From Alphaproteobacteria bacterium (GTDB lineage Bacteria > Pseudomonadota > Alphaproteobacteria > UBA828), in the NCBI GenBank assembly GCA_965221125.1, contig CBDCRW010000005.1, positions 352,001-416,000 of the forward strand: a stretch of 64,000 nucleotides of DNA, read 5' to 3'. A program made the translations under genes and the position numbers. The notes beneath the pieces are model-generated. The model saw only the letters and a program-made list of their open reading frames with translations, did no database searches and was not told the DNA's origin. This document shows, piece after piece, positions 40,466 to 51,230 of this stretch; the stretch's first letter is position 1, and each line of letters opens with the position of its first letter.

Positions 40466-41230
40466 TTGATCTATGTCAACCGCGTCGCGGTGGTGACCGG
40501 CGGCGCCAGCGGCATCGGGCGCGAGGTTGCACGCGCATTGGCCGCGCGCGGAGCGGCGGTCGCCGTCGCCGATATCAACGTCGACGGCGCCCGAGACGTC
40601 GCTGCGGCGCTGGTGCAGGACGGCGCGAAGGCGGAGGCCATCGCCGTCGACGTGAGCCGGGCCGAGCAGGCCGACGCGATGATCGCGCGCGCGATCGAGG
40701 CATTCGACAAGGTCGATATCCTGGTGCACAGCGCGGGCGTCGGCGTGGAGCGCAGCTTCCTCGAGACGACGCCGGAGGAATGGCGGCGCATCCTCGATAT
40801 CGACCTCTCCGGCACGTTCTTTTGCGGCCAGGCGGCGGCGCGCCACATGGTCGAGCGCGGTTACGGCCGCATCGTCAATCTCGCGTCCACCGCCGGCGTG
40901 CGCGGCGGCACCGGGCGCGCCGCCTACGGCACCGCCAAGGGCGGCGTCATCGCGCTCACCAAGGTGATGGCGGTCGAGCTCGCGCCCTTCGGCGTGACCG
41001 TGAACGCGCTTGCGCCCGGCGCGATCGAGACCGAGCTGGTGGCGAAGATGCACTCGGCGGAGACGCGGACGGTCTACCGCGCCGGCATCCCGCTCGACCG
41101 CTACGGCACGCCGGAGGAGACCGCGGCCGCGGCGCTCTTCCTCGCGAGCGAGGAGGCCCGCTACGTCACCGGCCACGTGCTCGCCGTCGACGGCGGCTTC
41201 CTCGCGGCCGGGGTGATGCACCGGCGTTAG
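40466..41230 (+). CDS. Short-chain dehydrogenase/reductase
   Basis: TGGASGIG, YGTAK, VNALAPG; TTG start inferred. Confidence 0.88.
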   Translation: MIYVNRVAVVTGGASGIGREVARALAARGAAVAVADINVDGARDVAAALVQDGAKAEAIAVDVSRAEQADAMIARAIEAFDKVDILVHSAGVGVERSFLETTPEEWRRILDIDLSGTFFCGQAAARHMVERGYGRIVNLASTAGVRGGTGRAAYGTAKGGVIALTKVMAVELAPFGVTVNALAPGAIETELVAKMHSAETRTVYRAGIPLDRYGTPEETAAAALFLASEEARYVTGHVLAVDGGFLAAGVMHRR

Positions 41231-41268
41231 AGCGTTTCCGCTTTGCACGGAAACGCTCCGGTCTCTAG
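41228..41268. repeat. TAG-anchored palindrome spanning the gap between convergent SDR genes
   Basis: GAGCGTTTCCG-N7-CGGAAACGCTC, ends in CTAG; both stop codons lie at its ends. Confidence 0.75.
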
Positions 41269-42026
41269 TACTGAACGCGCTGGGTGATTCCGCCGTCCAC
41301 CACCAGGTTCGCGCCCGTGGTGAAGCCCGAGAGCGGGCTCGCGAGGAAGGCCACGGCATCCGCCACCTCCTCGGCCGTTCCCATCCGCCCGGTGGGGTTG
41401 CGCGCAAGCGCCGCCTCGTAGGTCTCGGGGTCGTTCAGACGCCGCTGATCCCACACGCCGCCGTCGAAGAAGATCGTGCCCGGCGAGACGCAGTTCGCAC
41501 GAATGCCCTGGCCGGCCAGAGCATTGGCGAGGTTCGACGTGTAGTTGATGAGAGCGGCCTTGACCGAGTTGTAGGGGCGCACGCCGCCGAAGCTCTCCAC
41601 GCCGGCGACGCTGGAGACGGTGACGATCGCCGCGGCCTCGGAGTCTTCGAGGTGCGGCAGGGCCGCCTCCACCGTGCGCACGGTGCCGAGCACGTCGATC
41701 TCGAAGCCGGCCCGCCACGCAGCCTCGTCCGACGCACCGGCGAGCGCGCTCGGGTTGGCGACCACGATGTCGATGCCGCCGAGCGCGGCCGCCATCGCTT
41801 CGGTCCATTGCCCGACCGCCCCGCCGTCGGCCACGTCGCAGGCGGCGCCGATGACGGCGAGGTCCTCGGCCGCGAACGCCGCCAGCGCCGCATCGAGACC
41901 CGCGCTGCCGCGGGCGCAGATGCCGACCCGGCAGCCCTCCAGCGCGAGCCTGCGCGCGATGGCGCGGCCGATTCCCCGCGTGCCGCCCGTTACGATGGCC
42001 TTCTTGCCGTCAAGTTTGAGGTCCAT
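41265..42026 (-). CDS. Short-chain dehydrogenase/reductase
   Basis: TGGTRGIG, YNSVK, NCVSPG, VDGG. Confidence 0.9.
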   Translation of the reverse strand: MDLKLDGKKAIVTGGTRGIGRAIARRLALEGCRVGICARGSAGLDAALAAFAAEDLAVIGAACDVADGGAVGQWTEAMAAALGGIDIVVANPSALAGASDEAAWRAGFEIDVLGTVRTVEAALPHLEDSEAAAIVTVSSVAGVESFGGVRPYNSVKAALINYTSNLANALAGQGIRANCVSPGTIFFDGGVWDQRRLNDPETYEAALARNPTGRMGTAEEVADAVAFLASPLSGFTTGANLVVDGGITQRVQY

Positions 42027-42115
42027 GTCCTCGACCCTGTGTGACCATGGGTTCCGTGTAGCCTTGGGGAGTGTCGTGGGGTCTCACGCGCTTGTCCAGT
42101 TGGCGGAGAACCACC

Positions 42116-43252
42116 TTACGACTGGCCGGGAATCAGCTCGCGATAGACGTCGAGGGTCGCGCTGCACATCCCCTCCAGCGTGAAGTTGGCGCGCACGTGA
42201 GCCTGGCCCGCGGCTGCCATGCTCTCGCGCTCCGCCTGGCTCGCGCCCAACGCCCGGCTGATCGCCTGCGCCAGCGCGGCCGTATCGCCCGGCGGCACCA
42301 GCCACCCGGTCTCGCCGTGGATGACGGTCTCGCACGCGCCGCCGTGGGCCGTGGCGATCGCGCGCCGCCCCATGGCCTGCGCCTCGGCGGGGACGCGCCC
42401 AAAACCCTCGGGGCGGAGCGAGGGCGAGACCACGACATCGGCCAGCATGTAAGCCGCCGCCATGTCCCGGCAGGCGCCGACGAGCTGCACACGGTGCCTG
42501 GGCCCGAGCGCCGCGATCCGTTGCTCGATGCGGGCGCGATAGCCCGCGTGCGCCGCGTCGGCGGTGCCGACGAAGAGGCAGCAGACGCCCTCCCCGACCG
42601 CCGCCAGCGCGTCGAGCAGCGCGAGATGCCCCTTCAACGTGGTCACGCGCCCCGGCAGCATGACGACGGGCTGCCGCTCCGGCACGCGCCACGCATCGCG
42701 GAGCGCGGCGATCCTCTCGGGGCCGACATGCGCGGGGTCGAACACCGAGAGGTCCACGCCGCGCGGGATGATCCTGATCCTGTCCGGCGGCACGGCGTAG
42801 GTCTCGGCGATGTGACGGGCGATGAATTGCGAGATCGCGATGACCCGTGCGCCCCGCGTCATGATCGCGTTGTAGCGCCGCTTGCCCGGCCAGCCGGCGG
42901 AATAGGCGCCGTGAAAGGTCGTGACGAAGGGCCGCCCCGCACGTCTGGCCGCGTAATGGGCGAGCCAGGCGGGCCAGCGCGAGCGGGCGTGGACGAGGTC
43001 CGCGCCCTCCTCGGCAATCAGGCGTGCAAGGCGCAGAATCGCACCCGGTGCCTGCGCGGGGTTGCGGCGGGCGACGGGCAGCGCCGCATGCTGCGCGCCG
43101 GCAGCGGCGGCCTGTTCCCGGTCCGCCTGCTCTCCGGTCACGATGAGGGAGCGCCAGCCGGCTTCAACCAGCGCGCGCGAGATGTCGAGCGTGCCCCGCT
43201 CCACGCCCCCGCCCCCGGCGAGGCTCGGCAGGACTTGAAGGACCGTTGGCAT
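42116..43252 (-). CDS. Glycosyltransferase family 4
   Basis: GGVERGT, HARSR.PAW, KG, EGFGRVPAEAQAMG. Confidence 0.9.
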   Translation of the reverse strand: MPTVLQVLPSLAGGGGVERGTLDISRALVEAGWRSLIVTGEQADREQAAAAGAQHAALPVARRNPAQAPGAILRLARLIAEEGADLVHARSRWPAWLAHYAARRAGRPFVTTFHGAYSAGWPGKRRYNAIMTRGARVIAISQFIARHIAETYAVPPDRIRIIPRGVDLSVFDPAHVGPERIAALRDAWRVPERQPVVMLPGRVTTLKGHLALLDALAAVGEGVCCLFVGTADAAHAGYRARIEQRIAALGPRHRVQLVGACRDMAAAYMLADVVVSPSLRPEGFGRVPAEAQAMGRRAIATAHGGACETVIHGETGWLVPPGDTAALAQAISRALGASQAERESMAAAGQAHVRANFTLEGMCSATLDVYRELIPGQS

Positions 43253-43365
43253 GAAATCCGTCCCGGACCGGGTCGGGCCCGGCCAGCGAGTATCGCAAAC
43301 CGCCGCGCTTGCGTCGAGACGGGCTCAGCGTACGAGTGAGGTCATCTCCCTGTCGGGCGCGCGTC

Positions 43366-43549
43366 CTAGACCGTTTCCGTTGTAGACGGAAACGGTCTAG
43401 GAATTTGTCGCTCACGGCAGCCGGTCTTCGTGCGCTTGCGCGCGCCTACCGGCGCGACGACCGGCGCCTGCGCGTGCGCGCCGCATTCGCGGCGGGCCGC
43501 TGTCGCGGCCTGTCGCGCGTCCGTCAAAGTCGGACGCGCATCTAGCTAG
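43366..43549. repeat. Dispersed MITE-like repeat, copy A (hairpins at both ends, CTAG termini)
   Basis: CTAGACCGTTTCCG-N7-CGGAAACGGTCTAG and GCGCGTCCG-N7-CGGACGCGC; internal blocks shared with 54475-54626. Confidence 0.82.
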
Positions 43550-43731
43550 CGACCCGCACAGAGGCCGGACGGCCGCGAGCGCACGACGTCGCCGCGCACT
43601 GCGGCGTCGATGCAGCCCCGATTGATGCCGATATCGGCGAGTTCGCGGTCGGTCAGGCTCTCAAGCTCGTGCCGCGCGCGGTGGCGCTCCTGCCAGTTCC
43701 GAACCGCCTGGGTGATGGTTGCGAAATCCAT
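43546..43731 (-). CDS. DUF1127 small protein (61 aa)
   Basis: W..R.R.R.EL..LTDRELADIGI.R..I signature; GGAGG RBS. Confidence 0.88.
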   Translation of the reverse strand: MDFATITQAVRNWQERHRARHELESLTDRELADIGINRGCIDAAVRGDVVRSRPSGLCAGR

Positions 43732-43983
43732 GACTTCACCTCCTGTTTCCGAAGTGTCGAAGGCGCAGCGGCGCCCGTTCTCGGGCATGCCGCTCACCGT
43801 TCCTGGGTCGGATATGTGACCGGCGGAAGCGCGCGCGAACCCCCGGACCCGGCATGGCTGCCATGCTGCGGGGACAATGCGTGGCGTGTGCGGTGCGACA
43901 GGCGGTCTCTCGCACTCGATCCGCGTGCGGGGAATGCCTATCTTTCGAGCGAGACGCGCCCACTCACGACGGATGAACCAGCC

Positions 43984-44871
43984 ATGTTCGACGGCTTCAC
44001 GAAGACGCGGATCGAGACTTCGACCATCGCGATCAATCTGGTGAAGGGCGGCGCGGGACCGCCGCTCCTGCTGCTGCACGGCTACCCGCAGAGCCACGTC
44101 ATGTGGCACAAGGTGGCGCCGTTGCTTGCCCCGCACTACACGGTGGTGGTGCCCGACCTGCGCGGCTACGGCGACAGCGGCAAGCCGGCCTCCGACGACT
44201 TCGAGGACCACTGCAAGCGCGCCTCGGCGCAGGACCAGGTCGACGTGATGGCAGCGCTCGGCTTCGACCGCTTCCACCTCGTCGGCCACGACCGCGGCGC
44301 CCGCGTCGGCCACCGCATGGCGCTCGACCACCCGGCGCAGGTCCGCACCTTCACCTCGCTCGACGTGGTGGCCTCGCAAGCGGTCTTCGAGAACATGGAC
44401 CGCGACCTCGCCTTCTCCTTCTTCCACTGGCACCTGATGCGCCAGCCGGCGCCGTTCCCCGAGACGCTGATCGGCAACAGCCCAAAACTCTTCCTCGATT
44501 TCCTGCTGGAGCAGTGGACCGCCGTGGACGGCGCGATCACGCCCGAGGCCTACGCGGAGTACCTCCGCTGCTTCAGCGATCCCGAGACGCTCCGCTGCAT
44601 GTGCCTGGATTACCGCTCCATCGCGCTCGACCTCGTCCACGACGAGGCGGACCGGGGCCGCAGGATCGCCTGCCCGATGCTGATGCTCTGGGCCGGCGAC
44701 ATGGCCCGGCGCCCCGGCTGGCAGACCGGCGGGTCGCTCGACGTGCTGGAGAGCTGGCGCGAGCGGGCCGAGGACGTGCGGGGCCGGGCGCTCGACTGCG
44801 GCCACTTCCTGCCCGAGGAGGCGCCGGAGGAGACGGCGCGGGAGATCCTGGCCTTCCTCGCCGAGCGCTGA
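43984..44871 (+). CDS. Haloacetate/fluoroacetate dehalogenase-like alpha/beta hydrolase
   Basis: HGYPQ, GHDRGAR nucleophile motif, FHW, DYR, CGHF. Confidence 0.82.
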   Translation: MFDGFTKTRIETSTIAINLVKGGAGPPLLLLHGYPQSHVMWHKVAPLLAPHYTVVVPDLRGYGDSGKPASDDFEDHCKRASAQDQVDVMAALGFDRFHLVGHDRGARVGHRMALDHPAQVRTFTSLDVVASQAVFENMDRDLAFSFFHWHLMRQPAPFPETLIGNSPKLFLDFLLEQWTAVDGAITPEAYAEYLRCFSDPETLRCMCLDYRSIALDLVHDEADRGRRIACPMLMLWAGDMARRPGWQTGGSLDVLESWRERAEDVRGRALDCGHFLPEEAPEETAREILAFLAER

Positions 44872-44892
44872 CGCGGCCCCTTCGCCCGCGCT

Positions 44893-46476
44893 CTAACTTC
44901 CCTCGCGCAGCCTGTAGCGCTGAACCTTGCCGGTGGCGGTCTTGGGCAGGCTGCCCACGTAGCGGAGCCAGCGCGGGTACTTGTAGCGCGCGAGCCCGGC
45001 CTTGCAGTGAGCCACCAGCGCCTCGCTCAGGCGCTCGCCCGGCGTGCGCCCCTCTGCGAGCACGATCCACGCCTCGGGCTTGATCAGCCCGTCGTCGTCG
45101 GCACGGCTCACGACGGCGGCTTCCAGCACCGCCTCATGGGCGATCAGCCGGGCCTCGATCTCGACAGGCGACACCCAGATGCCGCCGACCTTGAGCATGT
45201 CGTCCGAGCGCCCGCAGCAGACGTAACAGCCGGACTCGTCGATGGTGTAGGTGTCGCCGGTTCTGAGCCACGCGCCGTCGAAGGCAGTAGCGGTGCGCGC
45301 GGGCTCGCCCCAGTATTCGGCGATGAGCGACTGCCCGCGGATCAGCAGGTTGCCGGTCTCGCCCGGCGCCACGTCGCGCCCCTCGTCGTCGACGATGCGC
45401 ACCGCGTAGCCCGGCACGGGCGTGCCGCTGGTGCCGGGTCTCACCCGGCCCGGCCGGTTGGAGATGAAGATGTGCAGGCTCTCGGTGGTGCCGATCCCGT
45501 CGACGATGTCGAGCCCGGTGGCGGCCTGCCAGCGCTCGAGCAGCGGCGCCGGCAGCGGCTCGCCGGCCGAGACGCAGAGGCGGACACTGGAGAGGTCGGG
45601 CGATTCGCCTTCCAGCGCCTGTAGCTGCGCCGCGTAGAGCGTCGGCACGCCGTAGTAGACGCTCGGCCGGAACGCCTCGATGGTGGCGAAGGTCGAGGCC
45701 GGCGTCGGCCGCTCGGCATTGAGCACCGCGGTGCCACCGGTCCAGAGCGGGAACGTCATGGCGTTGCCAAGGCCGTAAGCGAAGAAAAGCTTGGCGGCGG
45801 AGTAGTGGACGTCCTCCGCCGTGATGCCGAGGGTGTCCACCGCGAAATACTGGCTGGTCACCACCATGTCGCGATGGCGGTGAACGGCGCCCTTGGGCCT
45901 GCCCGTGGATCCCGACGTGTAGAGCCAGAAGGCCGCGTCGGCGGCGGCCGCAGGCGCCGGCTCCAGCGCATCGGATGCGCCGGCCAGCCGTGCCAGAAAC
46001 GTGTCGCCCTCGCCGTCGGCGGGCAGTGCGCGGGACGGCCGGTGGGATGCCTCGGCCAGTGCGCCGGCGATCTCGCCCACGAACTCCGGCGACCACACGA
46101 CGCAGGCGGCGCGCGCGTTCTCGATGACGAAGCGGTAGTCCGGCGCGCGCAGCAGCGTGTTGAGCGGGACCGGCACGAACCCTGCCTTGATCGCGCCCCA
46201 GAACAGATAGAAGAAAAGCGGGCAGTCCTTCACCACCATGAGCACGCGGTCGCCGCGGCCGAGCCCCAGCGCGGCCAGCGCGTTGCCCGCGCGGTTCACG
46301 TTGGCGGCGAGGTCCGCATAGCTCACGTCCCCCGCCGCGTCGCGGATCGCCACACGCGCGCCGCGTCCCTCGGCGACATGCCGGTCGATGAACGGCACCG
46401 CGACATTGAACACGTCGGCGAACGCCAGCGCGGTCGGCGTCTGCGCGGTATCGACCGCGACGGTGTGATCGTCCAT
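44893..46476 (-). CDS. Benzoate-CoA ligase family protein
   Basis: YTSGSTGRPKG, KLFFAYGLGN, SAGE, DGIGTTE, LPKTATGK. Confidence 0.88.
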   Translation of the reverse strand: MDDHTVAVDTAQTPTALAFADVFNVAVPFIDRHVAEGRGARVAIRDAAGDVSYADLAANVNRAGNALAALGLGRGDRVLMVVKDCPLFFYLFWGAIKAGFVPVPLNTLLRAPDYRFVIENARAACVVWSPEFVGEIAGALAEASHRPSRALPADGEGDTFLARLAGASDALEPAPAAAADAAFWLYTSGSTGRPKGAVHRHRDMVVTSQYFAVDTLGITAEDVHYSAAKLFFAYGLGNAMTFPLWTGGTAVLNAERPTPASTFATIEAFRPSVYYGVPTLYAAQLQALEGESPDLSSVRLCVSAGEPLPAPLLERWQAATGLDIVDGIGTTESLHIFISNRPGRVRPGTSGTPVPGYAVRIVDDEGRDVAPGETGNLLIRGQSLIAEYWGEPARTATAFDGAWLRTGDTYTIDESGCYVCCGRSDDMLKVGGIWVSPVEIEARLIAHEAVLEAAVVSRADDDGLIKPEAWIVLAEGRTPGERLSEALVAHCKAGLARYKYPRWLRYVGSLPKTATGKVQRYRLREGS

Positions 46477-46621
46477 GGCGTTCCCCCGCCATCCCGAATG
46501 CCGTTTCGCGCCCGGCGGCGCTACCGGGGTAACCTAAGCCCAATTGCGCGCGCCCGCAGTCGCCAAATCGACAGGCGGCGAGGGTGTGGCGCGGGACGTG
46601 GGCTGGGCGCAGGGGAGGGCA

Positions 46622-48217
46622 ATGACGGCGTGGGATTACATCGTCGTGGGCGCGGGCTCCGCCGGCTGCGCCGTTGCCGGGCGGCTCTCGGAGGACGGGC
46701 GAAGCCGCGTACTGGTGCTGGAGGCCGGCGGCTCGGACCGGCGCCTCGCCATTGCGATGCCGGCGGCGAGCTTCCTCCTCGCGCTGGGCAACCCGCGCTA
46801 CGACTGGGCGTACAAGGCCGAGCCGGACCCGACACGCGGCGGACGCCGGGACCTCATGCCGCGCGGCAAGGTGTTGGGCGGCACCAGCGCGATCAACGGC
46901 ATGTCCTACGTGCGCGGACAGCCGGTGGATTACGACGAATGGGCCGCGCAGGGCTGCCACGGCTGGGACTTCGCGAGCGTGCTCCCCTACTTCAAGCGGG
47001 CGGAGGACAATGAGAACGGCGCCGACGCCTACCACGGCACGGGCGGGCCGCTCGCGGTCTCCAATCGCCGCACCCTGCACCCGCTGTCCGAAGCCTACCT
47101 CCAGTCCTGCATCGCGGTCGGCATGAGCCGCATGGCGGATATCAACACACCGCCGCAGGCGGGCGTCGGCTACGTGCCCGTGACCCAGCGCCGGGGGCGG
47201 CGCTGGAGCGCGGCGCGCGCCTACCTGCGGCCGGCGATGGGGCGGCGGAACCTGCGGGTGCTGACGCACGCGCATGCGCGGCGCGTGCTGTTCGAGGGCA
47301 GGCGAGCCACCGGCGTCGAGTACACCCGCCGGGGGCGCACCGAGCGGACCGAGGCCGCGCGCGCGGTAATCCTCTCCGCCGGCACGTTCGCCTCGCCGCA
47401 GCTCCTGATGCTCTCAGGCGTGGGCCCCGCCGCCCATCTGGGCGAACACGGCGTTCCCGTGGCTCACGACCTGCCGGGCGTCGGCGAGAACCTTCAGGAT
47501 CATCCGGGCCTCGCCCAGACCTGCTGGGCGAACGTGACCACCTACAACATGCTGACCGGCCCCGCTCGTGCGCTGGCGCTGGGCGCGCAATGGCTGCTCA
47601 CCGGGACCGGGCCGGGCTCGACGCCCCATTCCCAGGTGACCGCCTTCACGTGCCACGACGGGGGCAGGGGCCGGTCCGACATCCAGTACCTGTTCTCGCC
47701 CGCCGGCTTCGATCTCTCGGAGGATGGGCCGGTGCTGTTCGACCGCCCGGCGGTCACGGGGCTGCTCAACGTGCTCAGGCCCTTCTCGCGCGGCCGGGTG
47801 CGGCTTGCCTCCGCCGACCCCTTCGCGCAGCCGGCAATTCAGCCCAACCTCTTCGCCGACGAGCGCGACCTCGAGCTGCTGCTCGCCGGCGCCAAGCTGC
47901 AGCGCCGCATCTTCGAGACCGCGCCGCTCTCCCGCTTCATCGCCGGCCACCTCCGGCCCGGCCCTGACGTGCAGAGCGACGACGAGTGGCGCGCCTACCT
48001 GCGCGAGGGCGCCATGAGCGCCTACCACCCGGCGGGCACCTGCAAGATGGGCCACGACGGGATGGCGGTCGTCGACGACCGCCTGCAGGTGCGGGGGCTC
48101 GCGAACCTCTACGTCGCCGACGCGTCGATCATGCCGGCGATCGTGAGCGGCAATCTCCACGCGACCTGCGTCATGATCGGCGAGAAGGCGGCAGACCTCG
48201 TCCGCGCCTCAGGCTGA
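46622..48217 (+). CDS. GMC oxidoreductase (choline dehydrogenase-like)
   Basis: GAGSAG, RGKVLGGTSAING, VGENLQDH, YHPAGTCKMG, DASIMP. Confidence 0.9.
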   Translation: MTAWDYIVVGAGSAGCAVAGRLSEDGRSRVLVLEAGGSDRRLAIAMPAASFLLALGNPRYDWAYKAEPDPTRGGRRDLMPRGKVLGGTSAINGMSYVRGQPVDYDEWAAQGCHGWDFASVLPYFKRAEDNENGADAYHGTGGPLAVSNRRTLHPLSEAYLQSCIAVGMSRMADINTPPQAGVGYVPVTQRRGRRWSAARAYLRPAMGRRNLRVLTHAHARRVLFEGRRATGVEYTRRGRTERTEAARAVILSAGTFASPQLLMLSGVGPAAHLGEHGVPVAHDLPGVGENLQDHPGLAQTCWANVTTYNMLTGPARALALGAQWLLTGTGPGSTPHSQVTAFTCHDGGRGRSDIQYLFSPAGFDLSEDGPVLFDRPAVTGLLNVLRPFSRGRVRLASADPFAQPAIQPNLFADERDLELLLAGAKLQRRIFETAPLSRFIAGHLRPGPDVQSDDEWRAYLREGAMSAYHPAGTCKMGHDGMAVVDDRLQVRGLANLYVADASIMPAIVSGNLHATCVMIGEKAADLVRASG

Positions 48218-49042
48218 GCGGCCGGAGCGCTCCAGCCACGCGTTCACGGCGTCCTCCATGGTGAGGAAGGTCGCGCCGAGCCCCTTCAGCGCCTCGATCA
48301 GCCGCTCCATCATCATCATGCGGTGGCCCCGGCCAATCACGAAGGGGTGGCAGGTGTAGGTGAGCACGCCCCACTCCATGGTGCGGGTCATGTACTCGAA
48401 GTCGTCCGCCCAGTTCTCCAGCACGCCGCCCGCCGGCATCAGGCCGGGCATGCTGTACTGCTTGTTCCGCACGTACTCGAAGTGGGGGTAGTCGTCGAGC
48501 GTCCAGCTTATCGGCATCTCGACCAGGCTGGTCTCGGGTCCGAAGCGCATGGGCTCGTCCAGCGCGATCACGTCGCCCGTGCGCGCGAAATAGGGCGTGT
48601 AGTCGTTGCCCATCATGCTGCTCTCGTAGAGGAAGCCGCGGCCGACCAGGAGCTCGACCGTGTTCTCGCTCAGGTCCCACGCGGGCGAGCGGTAGCCGCG
48701 CGGCTTTCGCCCGCACAGCTTGACGATGGCGTCGGTGCCGCGCTGGAGGCCCGTCTCCTCCTCGTCGCGCGACATGGTGACGGGCGACATGTGGGTCCAG
48801 CCGTGATGGCCGATCTCGTGTCCGGCTTCGGCGATGCGGGCCGACATCGCAGGATAGGTCTCGATCGTGTGGCCGGGGATGAACCAGGTGGCATGGATGC
48901 CGTGCTGCTCGAGCAGCGCCAGGACGCGTTCGGCGCCCACGAGGCCGAACTCGCCGCGGCTGATCGACGTCGGCGAGTGCTGGCCCTGGGCGATGTAGCC
49001 CGAGACGGCATCGAAGTCGAAGGTCAGGCAGGCGATGTGCAT
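48209..49042 (-). CDS. Polysaccharide deacetylase family protein (CE4, PuuE/PgdA-like)
   Basis: LTFDFD, HGWTH, GYRSP, LDDYP, HP. Confidence 0.85.
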   Translation of the reverse strand: MHIACLTFDFDAVSGYIAQGQHSPTSISRGEFGLVGAERVLALLEQHGIHATWFIPGHTIETYPAMSARIAEAGHEIGHHGWTHMSPVTMSRDEEETGLQRGTDAIVKLCGRKPRGYRSPAWDLSENTVELLVGRGFLYESSMMGNDYTPYFARTGDVIALDEPMRFGPETSLVEMPISWTLDDYPHFEYVRNKQYSMPGLMPAGGVLENWADDFEYMTRTMEWGVLTYTCHPFVIGRGHRMMMMERLIEALKGLGATFLTMEDAVNAWLERSGRSA

Positions 49043-49235
49043 GGCCGTCCCCCTATGTCGCATTTCGTTTTCATGATGTCCTTTTCCGCATCGTTTCGCA
49101 CTATTGTTCCCTGCCACGCCCATCGCATTGCGGTATCGTGAGCGTCCCGCCACTGCGTGAATCCGCCATGTCGATCATGCGCCGTCCGATCCCCGGCGTG
49201 GCCCGTTGCGGCCGCGCGCCTCGCCCGGCCGCGCC

Positions 49236-50111
49236 GTGATCGCCGGCTCTGCGCTCTTCGGCGTCGGCGCCGCGGCCAGCTGGGGCGTCGGCGACTTCAC
49301 GTCCCGCTTCCTCGGCCGCTCGATCGGCGTGCCGGCTGCGCTGCTTGGCATCATGGTGATCGGCAGCCTCGTGGCCGGGCTCTACATCCTGATCAGCGGC
49401 GAGCCCGTCATCTGGGAGCTTTCGGGCCTCTGGCTGCTGGCGCTGAACGGGCTCGCCACCATGGCGGCGACGTTCATGCTGTTCGAGGCGCTCACCCGCG
49501 GCCCGGTCTCGCTCGGCTCGCCGATGGTCTCCAGCTATCCGGCGTTCGCGGTGCCGATGACGGTGGTCTTCGGCGCCCGGCCGGAGCCCATCCACTGGGT
49601 CGCGATGGCGGCCACTCTCGGCGGAGTCTGGCTGGTGGCGCTCGCCGTCTACCGCATGGAAGCCGGCGACAAGCCGGAATACGAGCCGAGGGTGCTGCGG
49701 CGCTCGGTGCTGATGGCGATCGGCTCGGCGTTTCTCTTTGCCGTCGCCCTGCTTGCGGCCGACGAGGCAATCGGGCGCTACGGGCTGCCCCTCACGCTGC
49801 TGTCTGGGCGCCTGGTCAGCGTCCTGGTTCTGGCCGCAGTCTTCCTCGCGCTGCGCCGTGCGCCGTGCTATCCGGTCAAGTCCTGGCCGCTTCTTGGCGT
49901 CCTCGCCGTGGCGGACACCCTCGGCTACATCTTCGTCTACGCCGGCCTCGCGATGGAGAACGGCGAGTTCGCCATCGTCACCAGCTCCGCCTATTCGGTG
50001 GTGACGATCCTGCTGGCGCGCATCATCCTGAAGGAGCAGGTGGTGCCGCTTCAGTGGCTGGGCGTCGCCATCGTCATCGCCGGGATCGGCACGCTGTCCG
50101 CGACCGGATAA
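49236..50111 (+). CDS. DMT/EamA family transporter
   Basis: About 10 hydrophobic segments in two repeats, ILKE motif; start codon uncertain. Confidence 0.8.
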   Translation: MIAGSALFGVGAAASWGVGDFTSRFLGRSIGVPAALLGIMVIGSLVAGLYILISGEPVIWELSGLWLLALNGLATMAATFMLFEALTRGPVSLGSPMVSSYPAFAVPMTVVFGARPEPIHWVAMAATLGGVWLVALAVYRMEAGDKPEYEPRVLRRSVLMAIGSAFLFAVALLAADEAIGRYGLPLTLLSGRLVSVLVLAAVFLALRRAPCYPVKSWPLLGVLAVADTLGYIFVYAGLAMENGEFAIVTSSAYSVVTILLARIILKEQVVPLQWLGVAIVIAGIGTLSATG

Positions 50112-50122
50112 CCCGAACTAAT

Positions 50123-51220
<1,098 letters not shown>

Positions 51221-51230
51221 TGCGCCCCTC

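Noticed and set aside
43260-43545. Cuckoo/CcsR-type sRNA repeats downstream of DUF1127
   Set aside because: No repeated CCTCCTCCC loops on the DUF1127 strand; the region is explained by the dispersed repeat.
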